In this document: one piece after another, positions 40,590-54,744 of the stretch
Numbering within the stretch: the first letter of the stretch is position 1
Layout of the letters: each line of letters opens with the position of its first letter
Assembly (NCBI RefSeq): GCF_006345805.1
Contig: NC_043017.1
Location: 2,046,001-2,110,000 of the forward strand
Length of the DNA stretch: 64,000 nucleotides
From: Octopus sinensis
Lineage: Eukaryota
Direction: 5' to 3'
The notes under the pieces: model-generated
Told to the model about the DNA's origin: nothing
The model's database searches: none
The model's input: the letters and a program-made list of their open reading frames with translations, nothing else
Position numbers and translations under genes: made by a program

Positions 40590-41035
40590 TATTTTTTTTC
40601 ACCATGTGCAACTCGTAAACACCAGTCGTCTTTTTTCTCTTTCCCTGTTGCCCGCTCTGGGATCTTTCTTTCCTCTCTCTTCCTTCTTTATGTTTCCGAC
40701 GAAGAGCTCCGCTCGAAACGTCATACCTCCCTGCTTCCATCTCCTGAGCGCCTATTAATAATAATACTGTATTGTTCCTGTTGTTGTTGTTTTTTTGTTT
40801 CCTTTTGGATTAAAATTATATATATATATATATATATATTGATCGCTAACCACTAAACCTTCTTTTCTCTTCTCTCTCTGCTTATTTCTGTGTTCCTTTC
40901 TGTTGAAGGGCGTAGGATCGAAACGTAAAAGACTTTCTCATTTACCGTGCGTTAAACCAATACATCTTGTTTGTGTTCTTTACACACCCGTCTTCGTCTT
41001 TTGTTTCATTTTTTTTTTCGTAAATTCCAACTATA
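40590..41035 (+). mobile_element. Two tandem PLE-like termini from different families, each with a hammerhead motif (40692-40726; 40896-40931)
   Basis: The first matches 31400-31620 and the second matches 19740-19880 and 21040-21110. Confidence 0.65.
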
Positions 41036-41036
41036 T

Positions 41037-41788
41037 CTATACTTACATACATACATACATACATATATACATACATACATGCATGCATACATACATACAT
41101 ACATACATACAAACATACAATACATACATACATACATACGTACGTACATACATACATACATACATACATACATACGTACGTACGTACATACATACATACG
41201 TACGTACATACATACATACATACATACATACATACGTACGTACGTACATACATACATACATACATACATGCATACATACATACATGCATGCATGCATACA
41301 TACATACATACATACAAACATACATACATACATACATGCATACATACATACATACATACATACATACATACATACATACAAACATACATACATACATACA
41401 TACATACATGCATGCATACATACATACATACATACATTCACATACATGCATGCATACATACATACATACATTCACATACATACATACATACATACATACA
41501 TACACACACACACAAACATACATACATACATACATACATACACACATACATACATACACACATACATACATACAAACATACACACATGCACACACACATA
41601 CATACATACATACATACATACATACATTCACATATATACATACATACATACATACATACATACACACATGCACACACACATACATACATACATACATACA
41701 TACATACATTCACATATATACATACATACATACATACATACATACATACATACATACATACATACATACATACTACATACATACATAC
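41037..41788. repeat. (TACA)n array with TACG/TGCA/TTCA variant blocks
   Basis: Direct inspection; source of the IHTY/MYVC ORFs. Confidence 0.97.
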
Positions 41789-41789
41789 G

Positions 41790-41920
41790 AGGCTTTGGTA
41801 TGTCCGAGGCTATAGCGGGAGACATTTATCCTACGTCCTTCCCAACCATGTGGCTGAGAAACAACCCTCTTACACACAGCCACGCCTGCGCCTGACTCCT
41901 TTCCACACAGCCACGCCTGT
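41790..41920 (-). mobile_element. SINE A 5' part
   Basis: gaggctatag...acacagccacgcctgcgcc. Confidence 0.65.
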
Positions 41921-42259
41921 GCCAAATCGGACCGTATAAATTTGTAGCAGGACATTATACTTTGGATTAAGGCAGTGCTACTTAGTGCATAACATATCCT
42001 TGAGTTAGATGAGAGATCTGCTAGATTTGTTTTGATGTGGTTAAACGACAAATTTCCATGGAAACACACTCAATACCATGGAAACACCATGGAAATACTA
42101 TCAAAGATGGAGAAATTCCGCTTTCATAGAATCGTGATGGACAGAATCCAATTGAAAATTAGGATCACTTCTGCCAAATGCTAACATCGGTAACATGCAT
42201 TCGCCAAAAATATCAAGTTCGAGACAATATTGAGCATAATGGTGAACTTTGAGTAACGG

Positions 42260-42291
<32 letters not shown>

Positions 42292-42721
42292 CAGAGAAGG
42301 ACAGACAGACAGAGAAGGACAGACAGACAGACACACACACGCGCAGACAAACAGACATTGATAGATATATAGACGGACAGATAGACGGAGAGATAGAAAG
42401 AGAAATTCAGAGAGAGACAGATATAGACAGACAGACAGATGGTGAAGCTGGAGTAGTTATACACAAAACAATAGCGTAGGCGTTGGTGAGATAGGTGTAT
42501 TTCTGTTAAGCCCGATATAACACAACTGATATTGTTTGCTCGGTTATATCATGTTACTCTATGCAAATATGTCCGAGAATAAATTCACATTTTGTAAGAC
42601 AGATGTATTTGGACGGAAATAATTCTCTCTCAAAACGTACACCGCCATTTCAAAGGAAAATCAAAGAAATTATGGTTAAAAAATTCAGTGGGTAAAAGAA
42701 AGTAGAGAAGAATTATTTACT

Positions 42722-43100
42722 CTCTTTTACTCTTTTACTTGCTTCAGTGATTTGACTGCGGCCATGCTGGAGCACCGCCTTTTATTCGAGCAAATCGACC
42801 CCAGGACTTATTCTTTGTAACCCTAGTACTGATTCTATCGGTCTCTTATGCCGAACCGCTAAGTTACGTGGACGTAAACACACCACCATCTGTTGTCAAG
42901 CGATGTTGGGGGGTAAAACACAGACACGCAAACATATACAGACACACACACACATATATATATACATATATACGACGGGCTTATTTCAGTTTCTGTCTAC
43001 CGAATTCACTCACAATGCTTTGGTCGGCCCAAGGCTATAGTAGAAGACACTGAACCCGGAACCATGTGGTTGGTAAGCAAGCTACTTACCAACATGCGCC
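42722..43100 (-). mobile_element. SINE A with an internal deletion in the head
   Basis: Colinear with 16203-16590 apart from a deletion of about 25 bp after agaagacac. Confidence 0.88.
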
Positions 43101-43169
43101 TATATGTATTTATATATATTTATGTATTTATTCAACATATTCCCCCCTCAAATTCACACATTTATTGCA

Positions 43170-43278
43170 GCGGTCCTTCATTTTTTCTATGACCTGTAAC
43201 AGAACTCAGAATGTTGGGCCTTCAGCTAGGCCTTTCACGAAAGCGTTAAGGCAAAGAACTTTTCAGCACTCGCTCGTA
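43170..43278 (-). mobile_element. Tc1/mariner terminal fragment
   Basis: Minus strand starts TA-CGAGCGAGTGCTGAAAAGTTC, a mariner-type TIR start next to a TA. Confidence 0.5.
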
Positions 43279-43878
43279 TGTTAAGGGCTTTTTTTTTTCG
43301 GATATCCAGTTGATAAAGAATATTAACCTGGAGTTCAACAACGCAAACAGCCACACAAAATAATACGTTTTATAATAGAATATTAATATTATAACATAAA
43401 AACAGAAAAATAAACACATTGTGAATAATGGGATTTAGAGAGAAGTGGTTGAGGGTCTGTAGGGTTTTTAACAACATAAGGTATATGAACGAACATGTGA
43501 AACACATCAAGAAATTTCTTTGACGTTTTGACATCACTGGTAGTGTTAATTATCTTTGATATTTAAGCAACTTCAAAGTAGATTTAATGATAATAAGTGA
43601 ATATGCACATATGCATACGTGGATACGAGTACTCGTGAGCGTTTTTGTGTGTATAAAAAAATAACGATATATCCTCATACACAAACACACACACACGAAC
43701 GCACCCGTATGCATATTCAGCCGACTTGATCGCCATATTATAGTATCAGAAATTCGATAAAATATGTAGTGAATATCTACTCATAAACATATTTCAATAT
43801 GTATAACTGATTTATTTTCATATACCATTCCAATATAAATATACATATAAAATTTACACACACACACACACACACGTT

Positions 43879-43915
<37 letters not shown>

Positions 43916-44167
43916 TATATTATATTATATTATACATATATGTATATATATGCACATAAATTGTATGTAAATGCCTAACGTATATATCTATGTGCGTATA
44001 TGTCTTTATGTGTGTGTGTGTATGTGTTTCAGTTTGTGTGTGTGTGTGTGTGTGTGTGTAAATATCAATGTGTCCAGAATCCATTTTATTCTCAAACATC
44101 ATCCTAAGCATAAATGTATAAATGCATATCTGAAGTGTTTTTCTTTGTGCATGTATGCATGTATGTA

Positions 44168-44199
<32 letters not shown>

Positions 44200-44285
44200 C
44201 GCATGTGTGTATGTGTAGGTATAACATGAGACGGCTTTCTATGTTCTTTCTGTAAATGTATACAACCTTTCTTATCCACACACAG

Positions 44286-44330
<45 letters not shown>

Positions 44331-44576
44331 CACACATACTGACGCACACAAACACCAAATATATTCAAATATATCAAAATCTGCCCATATGTGAATACGT
44401 TGCTTTGGATGTGGGTATACATGTTTGCATGAATACTGCCTCATGTTAAGTAATTATCGTTTTCTCTCATATAAATGAATTCATGCCATTTGAGCATGCT
44501 CAAGCATGAATACGGCTTGCTGTTCCTTCTCTTCCCCTCATATTTCATCAAGTGTCATCTCTCTTTTTTATATACT

Positions 44577-44617
<41 letters not shown>

Positions 44618-44897
44618 GCTTAAAACACCCACACTCCTCTCTCCGTCTCTTTCGTTCTCTTTTTTCCCCCATTTCTACTGTCCGTACATAAAACATAGAC
44701 CTGCATCTGACTTTTGACTTTTCCACTTTTCTACCATCTGAATAATTCTCCTACGCTTTTTACAGTTTTATAAAAATACACCTGAGAACAGAGAGCGTTT
44801 TATTGTTCCTTTTTATTTCGACTTTCAGCTCAACCGTTTCTACACCCTATGCAAATATTCTGTACATTTCTTATCGATTTTATTTAACACTATCGTA

Positions 44898-44940
<43 letters not shown>

Positions 44941-44982
44941 ATGTGTGTTTGTTTGTGTGTATACATGCATACATGCATTTAC

Positions 44983-45036
<54 letters not shown>

Positions 45037-45125
45037 GAGAAAGAGATTTTTACATATATATATGTACATACAAATGCATATATATGTATTATACATACAT
45101 TTATATATAGTTTAAATATATATGT

Positions 45126-45142
45126 GTGTGTTTGGGAGTCAG

Positions 45143-45188
<46 letters not shown>

Positions 45189-45210
45189 ATACACTGACTC
45201 CCAAACACAC
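45126..45210. repeat. Perfect 19-bp inverted repeat around an (AT)n core
   Basis: gtgtgtttgggagtcagtg (45126-45144) / cactgactcccaaacacac (45192-45210). Confidence 0.95.
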
Positions 45211-45373
45211 CATATATATATATATATATTCATTTTTCCATCTTTATATTATTTTTAGCGAGTAATTTTTTCTTCATCTAATAAAATATAGAATATTAAC
45301 AGCATAAACAATGAATTGACATGTAAACATAAGGACATAATATTGTATAATATAAAACACAAACACACACACA

Positions 45374-45426
<53 letters not shown>

Positions 45427-46855
45427 CCAAATGTAAGAATCAATAGAAACTATGTAGTGAAACATAAATAATAGAAATTGTCATATGAAAGGAAAAAGAG
45501 AGATTTCTTCCTCAGTTTTTTTGATACAAACACTTAGAAAGCCCTGCCCTACAGACATACACTGATACCTGTCTCTCTCTTTTTTATCTCTCTCCATATA
45601 TATTCTTTGTTACTTTTTGTCTTTCTCTCATCACTTCTGACCCAGCTTTAACATTACTGCTGATATACCAGTGTTGGAAAAAAAAAATGATGGATAGAAA
45701 AAAAATTTGTTGGTTGATCGCAAGAATGATGCGATATATGGGAATATGGTTCATAAATCTTAGGTTTTATGGATTAGATTACAGCTTATCATAAAAATAA
45801 ATAAATATATCTATAGTAAAATAAATAGATTATATATAAATGTATACACGCACGTATATATACATGTAATTCTTTGTGTGTGTAAATAAATAAATGTGTA
45901 AATAAATTGTAATGTGTTTATACCGTTTACGCTGCTTCAAAAGCATTGGAGGAATAAAGAAATAAAACAAAGCCAATTTCCAGTGTTTTCTCCATCGGTC
46001 TACATAGTTTAAGAACGCAGAGAAAACAACAACAAAAACAGGCTTAAACGATAAAAGTAAAGAGAAAAAAAAACAGCGAAAATTTTTAAAAAATGAAAGT
46101 AAAAAAAGCCGAAAGTGAAAATAACAAAAAAAAAAGCCGAAAAAACGAGAAAACGAAAACAGCAAAAGAGGAAAAACGCAAAAAAGGGGACTATTAAACG
46201 CTCTACTTAAAATTAACGTATTTCTGCCTGCAAGATCAAACAGCCAGGAGGCAGTGCCGGGGCTATTGTTTCCCTAAGATGTGTAGATGTGTGGTTATAT
46301 GTCTACCCACACCACACATTTGTGTACCTTGGCATCATGCGCAAACCGACAAGGGGCATCGTATTTTATACATTCATACATATACAAGCAGGCATAGATT
46401 TGTGTGTGTGTGTATGTGTGTGTATGTGTGTGTGTGTGTGTGTGTTTGTATTTTATAAACATTCGTTTATTTACCGCTGTCATGTTGACTAAATCTTAAC
46501 CCGTTGTGTATATTAACAAATATGTGTTTACAAACATACATACGTTCATATATACACAACACACACACACACACACAAGAGCAAGCGTATATGTATGTTT
46601 GTATGTATAGATGCACGTATGGATGCATGTATGAATGTGTGCGTGTATATATATATATTTATATATATATATATGTATATATATATATACACATATATAA
46701 TATATATGTATATATATATATACACATATATATATATATATATATATCTGTACACACCCCACACACACACCTATATATATAACATATGCATTGCATCTAT
46801 ATATGTATATGCTTGCATACATCTCTACGGATATTTATTTTATATACATATATAC

Positions 46856-46894
<39 letters not shown>

Positions 46895-47063
46895 CGTGTG
46901 GGTGAGTGAGTGAGTATTGACGCGTGTGTATGTGTGTATATATGCATGTGTGTGTGTTTGTTGCGCATACAGAAATTTGTTTATATTCATATGTATATGT
47001 ATGTACACATATATGTGTATGTTCATATGTGTTTTGAGCGTGCATATATGTGTGTGCGTTTCT

Positions 47064-47101
<38 letters not shown>

Positions 47102-47385
47102 TGGGGTATATGTCTCTGCCAATGTAAACATTTAATATTGCTTCGGTTTTACAAAACAAATATATTTACTATTTACGAGGCAATGTAAAGCGTAGGTCTC
47201 TGGACACGCTGTTTCGTAAAAAATAAAATAAAATAGAAAAAACAAAGAAAAAAAAGAAATAAAAAGAAACAACACAAAAATAATACAAGAGAATCGGGCT
47301 TGGTGGATTGGAAAAACAAACATTATTCAATCAAGGTGATTTTAAACGGTTGATTGAGAACAAATTAGAGACTGCATGAACTAAC

Positions 47386-47487
47386 TTCGATTTATCCGTG
47401 AGGTTTCTTGTCAAATAATGTCCCAGAGACAATTCCGTTATATCGTCATCGACTTCCAAAAGCAAATCATCGGGGAAGATGAAACAT
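47386..47487 (-). CDS. Candidate 102-nt exon of an unidentified gene (CFIFPDDLLLEVDDDITELSLGHYLTRNLTDKS)
   Basis: Acceptor tttgcttttaaaag, donor GTTAGT, open frame, protein-like composition; no homology recognised. Confidence 0.3.
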
Positions 47488-47602
47488 CTTTTAAAAGCAA
47501 ATTGGAATAAAATTTGTAATAATTGGGGAAAGGAAGCAAAACAACAAAAAGAAACAAAAAGAAAATGTAAAATATATATATATATACATACATATATATA
47601 TT

Positions 47603-47735
47603 TCTTTATTGCCCACAAGAGGCTAAACATAGAGGGGACAAACAAGGACAGACAAAGGGATTAAGTCGATTACATCGACGCCAGTGCGAAACTGGTACTT
47701 TATTTATCGACGTCGAATGGGTGAAAGGCAAAGTA
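47603..47735 (-). mobile_element. 5'-truncated SINE B
   Basis: Reverse complement of 49525-49680. Confidence 0.88.
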
Positions 47736-47738
47736 GAC

Positions 47739-47793
<55 letters not shown>

Positions 47794-47864
47794 GTTTATA
47801 TTTATATATATATATATATATATATATGTTTATATTTATATATATATATATATATATATGTTTA

Positions 47865-47933
<69 letters not shown>

Positions 47934-48134
47934 ATATACACCGGAGTAAGCATATTAATGTGAAGCAAGGGGAAAAAAGACTACTCAAATACCAGAGGTA
48001 AAGTAATGCTTTATTCAAGACGCAGAAATATAACGAAAACTGTTTCATGTTCCCGTTCGTCGGACAGTTTTGTTAACAAAACGTGAAACATTGAGTAGCA
48101 ACTTCTGTTGTATTTCTACTAGCTTTTAAATAAA

Positions 48135-48175
<41 letters not shown>

Positions 48176-48283
48176 TAGTTATACATTAACCTATGAGACC
48201 CATTTCAGCTGCCTTTACTAATCGATTTGTCAAAGGAGTTTTAGATGGGAACCCAACTCGAACGTTCACCAAAAGTATTTATA

Positions 48284-48356
<73 letters not shown>

Positions 48357-48792
48357 TAATACATGTGTGTGTCTGTGAGTGTGTGTGTTTTAGTGTACAT
48401 ATATATGTACGGATATATGTATACTTATATATATGTATATATATATGATATATTTTTATATGTACATATGTATGTATGTGTATATGTAAATATATGTATG
48501 CATGGATGTATGCAGCCATAAATGTAGTTTTTAGTTTGTATGAGTGAAGAACGATAGAAGAATATGATATTGTATACACAACATATGGAAGAAGTGTTGC
48601 GTATTACTTGATTTGGGACATTGATTCTCCAAAACAATACTTCGAGTTTCTGTGTTTCGTTCTCCGGACGATTGTGAAAATTAGTGCGGAAAACAGTGTT
48701 GAAAAGATAAAGAGTGGGTACCTTCAATATCTGAGAAAAGTAACTGAGTTGGAAATAACAAAACATAAAGGACATTTATTGTTTACCTAAAA

Positions 48793-48920
48793 TAAATATT
48801 CTGTTGTATCTGGGGAGAGTCATTTTCTTGTTGTGCCTTTCTCCCCAGACACAACAGAATATGCTTCAACACACGAACTCATATAAAGGATCTTGCAAAC
48901 CAAATCCCAAAACGAAATTT
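48793..48920. mobile_element. Foldback/MITE-like element with a 23-bp hairpin
   Basis: Arms 48796-48818 and 48840-48862 (one mismatch). Confidence 0.75.
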
Positions 48921-49465
48921 TAAAAATATATAATGTTTTAATAGTATTTGCGAATGAGAGCGTCATTGGTCGGGGTCAGTTGAATAGGACAAACAAAAAA
49001 AAATCTTAGAAGTGAATAGGAAGTGTTATGTGTCTCTACGTATTTGTACCATAAATATGCGTGTGTTAGCGTGTGCACATATGTAGTAATCAATCTCACA
49101 GGGATTTTGACCTTTCGGACGCAAGTCCTTCATCAAAAGAAAGAAAAAAATGAAAAGATACGACAATGAGGAAAGACATTTAGCGATTATCAACAGATAT
49201 ATATTGTCTGCTGAATTATATGAAATAAATATCTTTGGTGTAACTCAGACATCCCATTAGTGTAGAAAAAACTTCCCATGATTGAGAACTAAACTGAAGT
49301 CGTAACATTGACACCTAAAAGCCGTTTATGTTCGTTACACAAGAGAGGTGTTATTATCAGAGAGAGTTGTTGTTAACAAAGGACAGATTCCGTGCCAGCT
49401 GCAAAGTATTCAAAATGAATACTATCTTTCTATATGATTTTACACACACACACACATACACACAG

Positions 49466-49524
<59 letters not shown>

Positions 49525-49680
49525 CAAATTCCGCCGAGGGTCGACTTTGCCTTTCATCCTTTGGGGGTCGATAAATTAAGTACCAGTTACGCACTAGGAT
49601 CGATGTAATCGACTTAATCCCTTTGTCTGTCCTTGTCTGTCCCCTCTAGGTTTAGCCCCTTGTGGGTTACAAAGAAATTA
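49525..49680 (+). mobile_element. 5'-truncated SINE B
   Basis: caaattccgccgagggtcgactttgcc...ttagccccttgtggg. Confidence 0.9.
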
Positions 49681-49746
49681 TATATATATTCGTAGATGGT
49701 TAAGTATAAGCATAACTACCTACATGTATATATACGTATGTATATG

Positions 49747-49802
<56 letters not shown>

Positions 49803-50564
49803 TATGTATGAGGAAAATAGAAATGCTATGTCAAATGTAACTGGTAGCGTTTATCATTATGAAAATATATTTATGTGTTTAAATATCCACACTTAAAAAT
49901 AGAGAGAAAATATGAAAAGAATAAAAACAACGACAAAATGTAATCGAAATAAAATCATCAAATGTACAGTAAATGAATAAAGGTTTTAAAAATTGAAGAT
50001 CAAATGAGGGGGAAATCAGCCGTGTACTTGGTAGCCAATGCGTGCAAAGAGAGACATTCGGAGAATTCAAAATATAAAATGATCTACTTTAAATCTTCAA
50101 AGTAATGTGGCGATACATCATGCTTAATAATTTTCTTATTTGATTTGATTCTTTTTTTTGTTGCAGTTTTCTATAATTTTAACAGTTGTTTATTCTCCAT
50201 ATTTTTATGCTCGTTTATTTATGTGTGTATCGCATATGATTTTATCATCTCCTTTTTTTATTTGCAACATATGTATTTTCATATTTAAATAAATCCACTG
50301 CTTTATTTGTCCTTCTTCCTCTGGTTACACAGAAAATTACTGCACTGGCTTTCCTTTGTTTATTTAGATTCAAATTTTATATAACGAATAAAGAAGACGC
50401 CTTTCATTCAACTTTATCTTTTCACCATTTGCATTGTCTTACAACCATCCCAATTGCATGTTTTCCATAAATAATTCAAAGATTCCATTTGACATAAACG
50501 TCCAAAGATATCTAGTGAGAGAAACCCAGAACAACTATTTCTGAATATTCTTCAGCATCAAATG

Positions 50565-50640
<76 letters not shown>

Positions 50641-50754
50641 GTATTTATTTATTTATTTATTTATTTACGAGTATATATAAGTATATATATATGTGTGTGT
50701 ACATATGTGTTTGTATTTCTATTTTAAAACAAAGATTTATATTTATTCCCATTG

Positions 50755-51155
50755 TTGAGTGGCTGTGTGGTAAGAAGCTTGCTTACGAACCACATGGTTC
50801 CGGGTTTAGTCCCACTGTGTGGCACCTTGGGCAAGTGTCTTCTACAATAACCTCGGGCCGACCAAAGCCTTGTGAGTGGATTTGGTAGACGGAAACTGAA
50901 AGAAGCCAGTTGTATATATGTGTATATATATATATGTATGTGTCTATACGTTTATATGCCATTGATTGTCCCCCAACATCGCTTGACAACCGATTCTGGT
51001 GTGTTTATGTCCCCATAACTTAGCGATTCGGCAAAAATATCCGATAGAATAAGTACTCGGCTTCCAAAGAATAAATCCTGGGGTCGATTTGCTCGACTAA
51101 AGGCGGTGCTCTAGCATGGCCACAGTCAAATTACTGAAACAAGTAAAAGAGTAAA
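50755..51155 (+). mobile_element. SINE family A, full-length
   Basis: Colinear with the other A copies. Confidence 0.9.
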
Positions 51156-51909
51156 GAGCGATATGAAATAGTACACCTATACTGGCCCCGCTTTAGCGTA
51201 TATCAACAACAGTATTTGAAGAAATTTTATAAATAAAGAGCAAATAAATTGTACCTCCTTAAAACGCGATGATTAAAATTCCTATATATGGTAATCAAAT
51301 TGCTTCTACGAGGAATAACGGAAGAGAAACATATACACAAACAACTTTTACCCTAATAGTTTTGTGAACATCAAAGTACCACAAACGCAAGTTTCTGCAT
51401 TAATAACGCCGTGACATGCCTGACTATTAAACCACATCTTACAAATGAGAACAAGATATACACTAAATAACAAAGGCCACAATTAAAGAAAGTACCACCC
51501 AGACTTACCACCTACCTACATTTTTTTGGTGAAAAAATGTTGTCACACTCAGTTCCTAAGAGCTTAAATGCTGGACTTTGTATCTTTGACATTTACATTG
51601 TCAAACAAAAGGATTAAATTCAATGCAAAAATGCTGTCACGCCCTGTGGTTACCTAATCAATGAGAAACACAGGGAGACTTGTTTACAAAGTTCTATATA
51701 CATGAATAAATTCTAAACAGAAACATAACCCGAACTTTAATCAATAACAAATTCTCTAAAACACATTTCCATAACAACCTCTTCCCTAAAAACGTAATTC
51801 TTACCCTACTCAGACCCACATACCCAAGGAAGTTTTTAATTCAGCGGAGAGTATATACAGGCAACACTAACCGTAATGTATTGCAGTCCTACGATAACTT
51901 AACTGGTCT

Positions 51910-52215
51910 GAGGTGCCTAAGCCTGAACGCATGTTTGTTCATTTTTAGGCACGGCATCCCAAGCCCACCCTTCATCGGCTTTTGGCAGCAGATAGAGCAC
52001 CTTACAAGAGGTCTGCTGCCCCTCCACTAAAAGCGAAACAGCATGCGTTCCAGCTTGTTTAGCCACGAATCGGAGCAAGGCGCGACGGTCAGGTGGCAAG
52101 TGATTACAAAGGTGATAAACACTTCTGTAACCTCCGCTCTACCTTTCAAGGACAGCCGCCGCTCAGACCAGGTCTGAGTTAGGAGAGCTACCTTTCTCGC
52201 CACCTCGTATCGTCC
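51910..52215 (-). mobile_element. L1/Tx1-type LINE ORF2 relic
   Basis: EVARKVALLTQTWSERRLSLKGRAEV...LERMLFRF*WRGSRPLVRCSICCQKPMKGGLGMP, typical of the post-RT region of L1/Tx1. Confidence 0.85.
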
Positions 52216-53182
52216 CCTCTTTTTCTCAACCTCATGGTTAATAAAGAAATTGACATACCTGCACCAGAATTTGAAGTCACTGGCATCAACCATCTTGTTT
52301 TAAAACTGAGGAGGCAATTTTACCATTTGGCCAGTTCATTATCTAAAAACAAAAGATTAATTAAACTTCGTAATTATTTAGTTTTAGGTAAGCTTAACGA
52401 GTTCAGGAACACAAATATATACAGTATGACTGAATACACTAATTATATAACAATAAAAAAGATGAAATAATAAAGAGGCACCGTAAATAAGGAACTAAAT
52501 CTCATTTAGGAAGAATATACAGAATATTGGTTTTGTCATATATATATAAGGACAAACAAAGGCAATAGCTTAGTATTCGGTTTAGTCATTGAGGCTTTAC
52601 ATAAGATAGTAAAAACTAGTACAAAGACAGAAACCGTAAGAATAATCGTGTTCCTGGTTTCATATAACAAAAGTTTCGTAAACTAATATATCATCTCTTT
52701 TCTGTTGTAATAGTAACTCTTACAACGACATCGTAAGATTTCTTCACACACACACACACACATACACACACAAACACACACACACAGCCACACACACCCA
52801 CACACACACATGCACACACCACACAAACGAACATATATATATACAGGCACACACATTTGTATATTTCGACATACGTATGCACACGCACGCACACACTCAT
52901 ACACACAAACTCAAACACATACACACACACGCGCCAACTCAAACACATGCCCACGCTTATGTTTGAGTATATGCATACATATTTATATAACCAAATATAT
53001 ATCAAAGCATACACAAATAGGTACACATACATATAAATGTGTGTTTATACATGTACATATACACACATATATACACAAAAATATATGTATGTATATAATG
53101 TATATATACATATATGTATGCACAAACATATACATACATAAATTTATATATATACACATATATATACACACATACATATATG

Positions 53183-53236
<54 letters not shown>

Positions 53237-54033
53237 TAGATAGATATATATATATATATATATATGTAGGTATATATATATATTTGTTTGTATACACTCA
53301 TATATATATATACACACATACATATAGGTATATATATATAAATATAAATACATATATACATATATGTAGGTGTATATATATATATATATATATATATGTT
53401 TGTATTTATGCATGTATATACGTGTGTATATAGGTATGTATATACGTATATTTTGGAACACAAAAATAGTGTAACATTAAGCAATAGGTGATCATTCATT
53501 ATTTCGCCAGGCGTATGAAAAGGCAGGTACGACATGCATTTGAAATTAGAAGCTTTTAAAAGAAAGATGCCCCATGCTGTGATATCTAGAGAACTTGCCA
53601 TGTGTGGCTGTTTGAAGTGGGGTGGAAATGTGTAGGGGGGGATTAAACCAAATAGAGCGGGAGAAACATCTTCGTTATCGCAATATGCAAAGATGCTGTG
53701 CTTAATAATATTGGCTCTTGCTTATTAAAAATAAATCTGTGAAACCGAAGAAACACTTCTATTATATTCGCATTTCTATTTCTAAGAGTCTAAATGAGCC
53801 ATATTTGATGGAAGTTATTTGTAAAAGAATCGTTAGATTCACTCTGTGACACATTGTATCCACCAGGAGAAGCGGTGATCAATGCCACTTATTTTATGTC
53901 ATAATACATACATGCGTATATAGATATGTATATGCATTGTGTGTGTGTTTATATATAGATATATGCATATATGTGTGTATGTGTGTATGAGAGCGTGTTT
54001 CTGTATATCATATGCATCTGTGTATATAGATGC

Positions 54034-54073
<40 letters not shown>

Positions 54074-54295
54074 ACACATATATATATATATATATTTACA
54101 TATAATATATATTTGTATATATGTATGTATATAAATAAACACCTGCCTTAGAAATATACATGATACATATACATGATACATATATATTATATATATATAT
54201 ATATATATAAATATTATTGTGTGTGAGAAAAAAAAATATATATATAGTTACGTATACATAGTAAAACATGTTCACATTTCTCAAATATATTCCAG

Positions 54296-54373
54296 TATAA
54301 GCAGATATAAATGGGTACTTATATAAGCAGATATAAATGGGTACTTATATAAGCAGATATAAATGGGTACTTA
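54296..54373. repeat. 26-bp minisatellite x3 (tataagcagatataaatgggtactta)
   Basis: Three exact tandem units. Confidence 0.95.
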
Positions 54374-54744
54374 TATACATATTTTATTGTGTCTGTATGC
54401 GTGTGTTCTCTTGCATTTATAACTCAGCGATTGTGTAACGCAAGAAATACGTCAGTCATGTCATAGATTATATTTTTTCATGGGTTTTATATTTATTTAA
54501 AGATGGAAATTTCCTCCGTCGCTACTCTGAGTTTCACCTGGCTGTATGAATTTGTATGTGTTACTACGTGTCTCTAAGTACGTAGGCACATCGTTATTTC
54601 AACGAATATATCTCATGACAATTATATTATCCTCATTAACACAATCGAATATGGATTTCTTATATAGACAGATTGTCAACACAATTACTGAGATAAATAT
54701 GCGAATTATCAAAAGAAATATAGGGCTTCAAAATTTATTTAGGA

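Noticed and set aside
40903-41939. ORFs of 255-330 aa (IHTY/MYVC repeats)
   Set aside because: Translations of the (TACA)n array; open in several frames on both strands.
43200-43273. Apparent plus-strand exon TQNVGPSARPFTKALRQRTFQHSL
   Set aside because: It overlaps a mariner-type terminal sequence on the other strand.
54296-54373. CRISPR-like array
   Set aside because: Spacer-less exact tandem minisatellite in a eukaryotic context.
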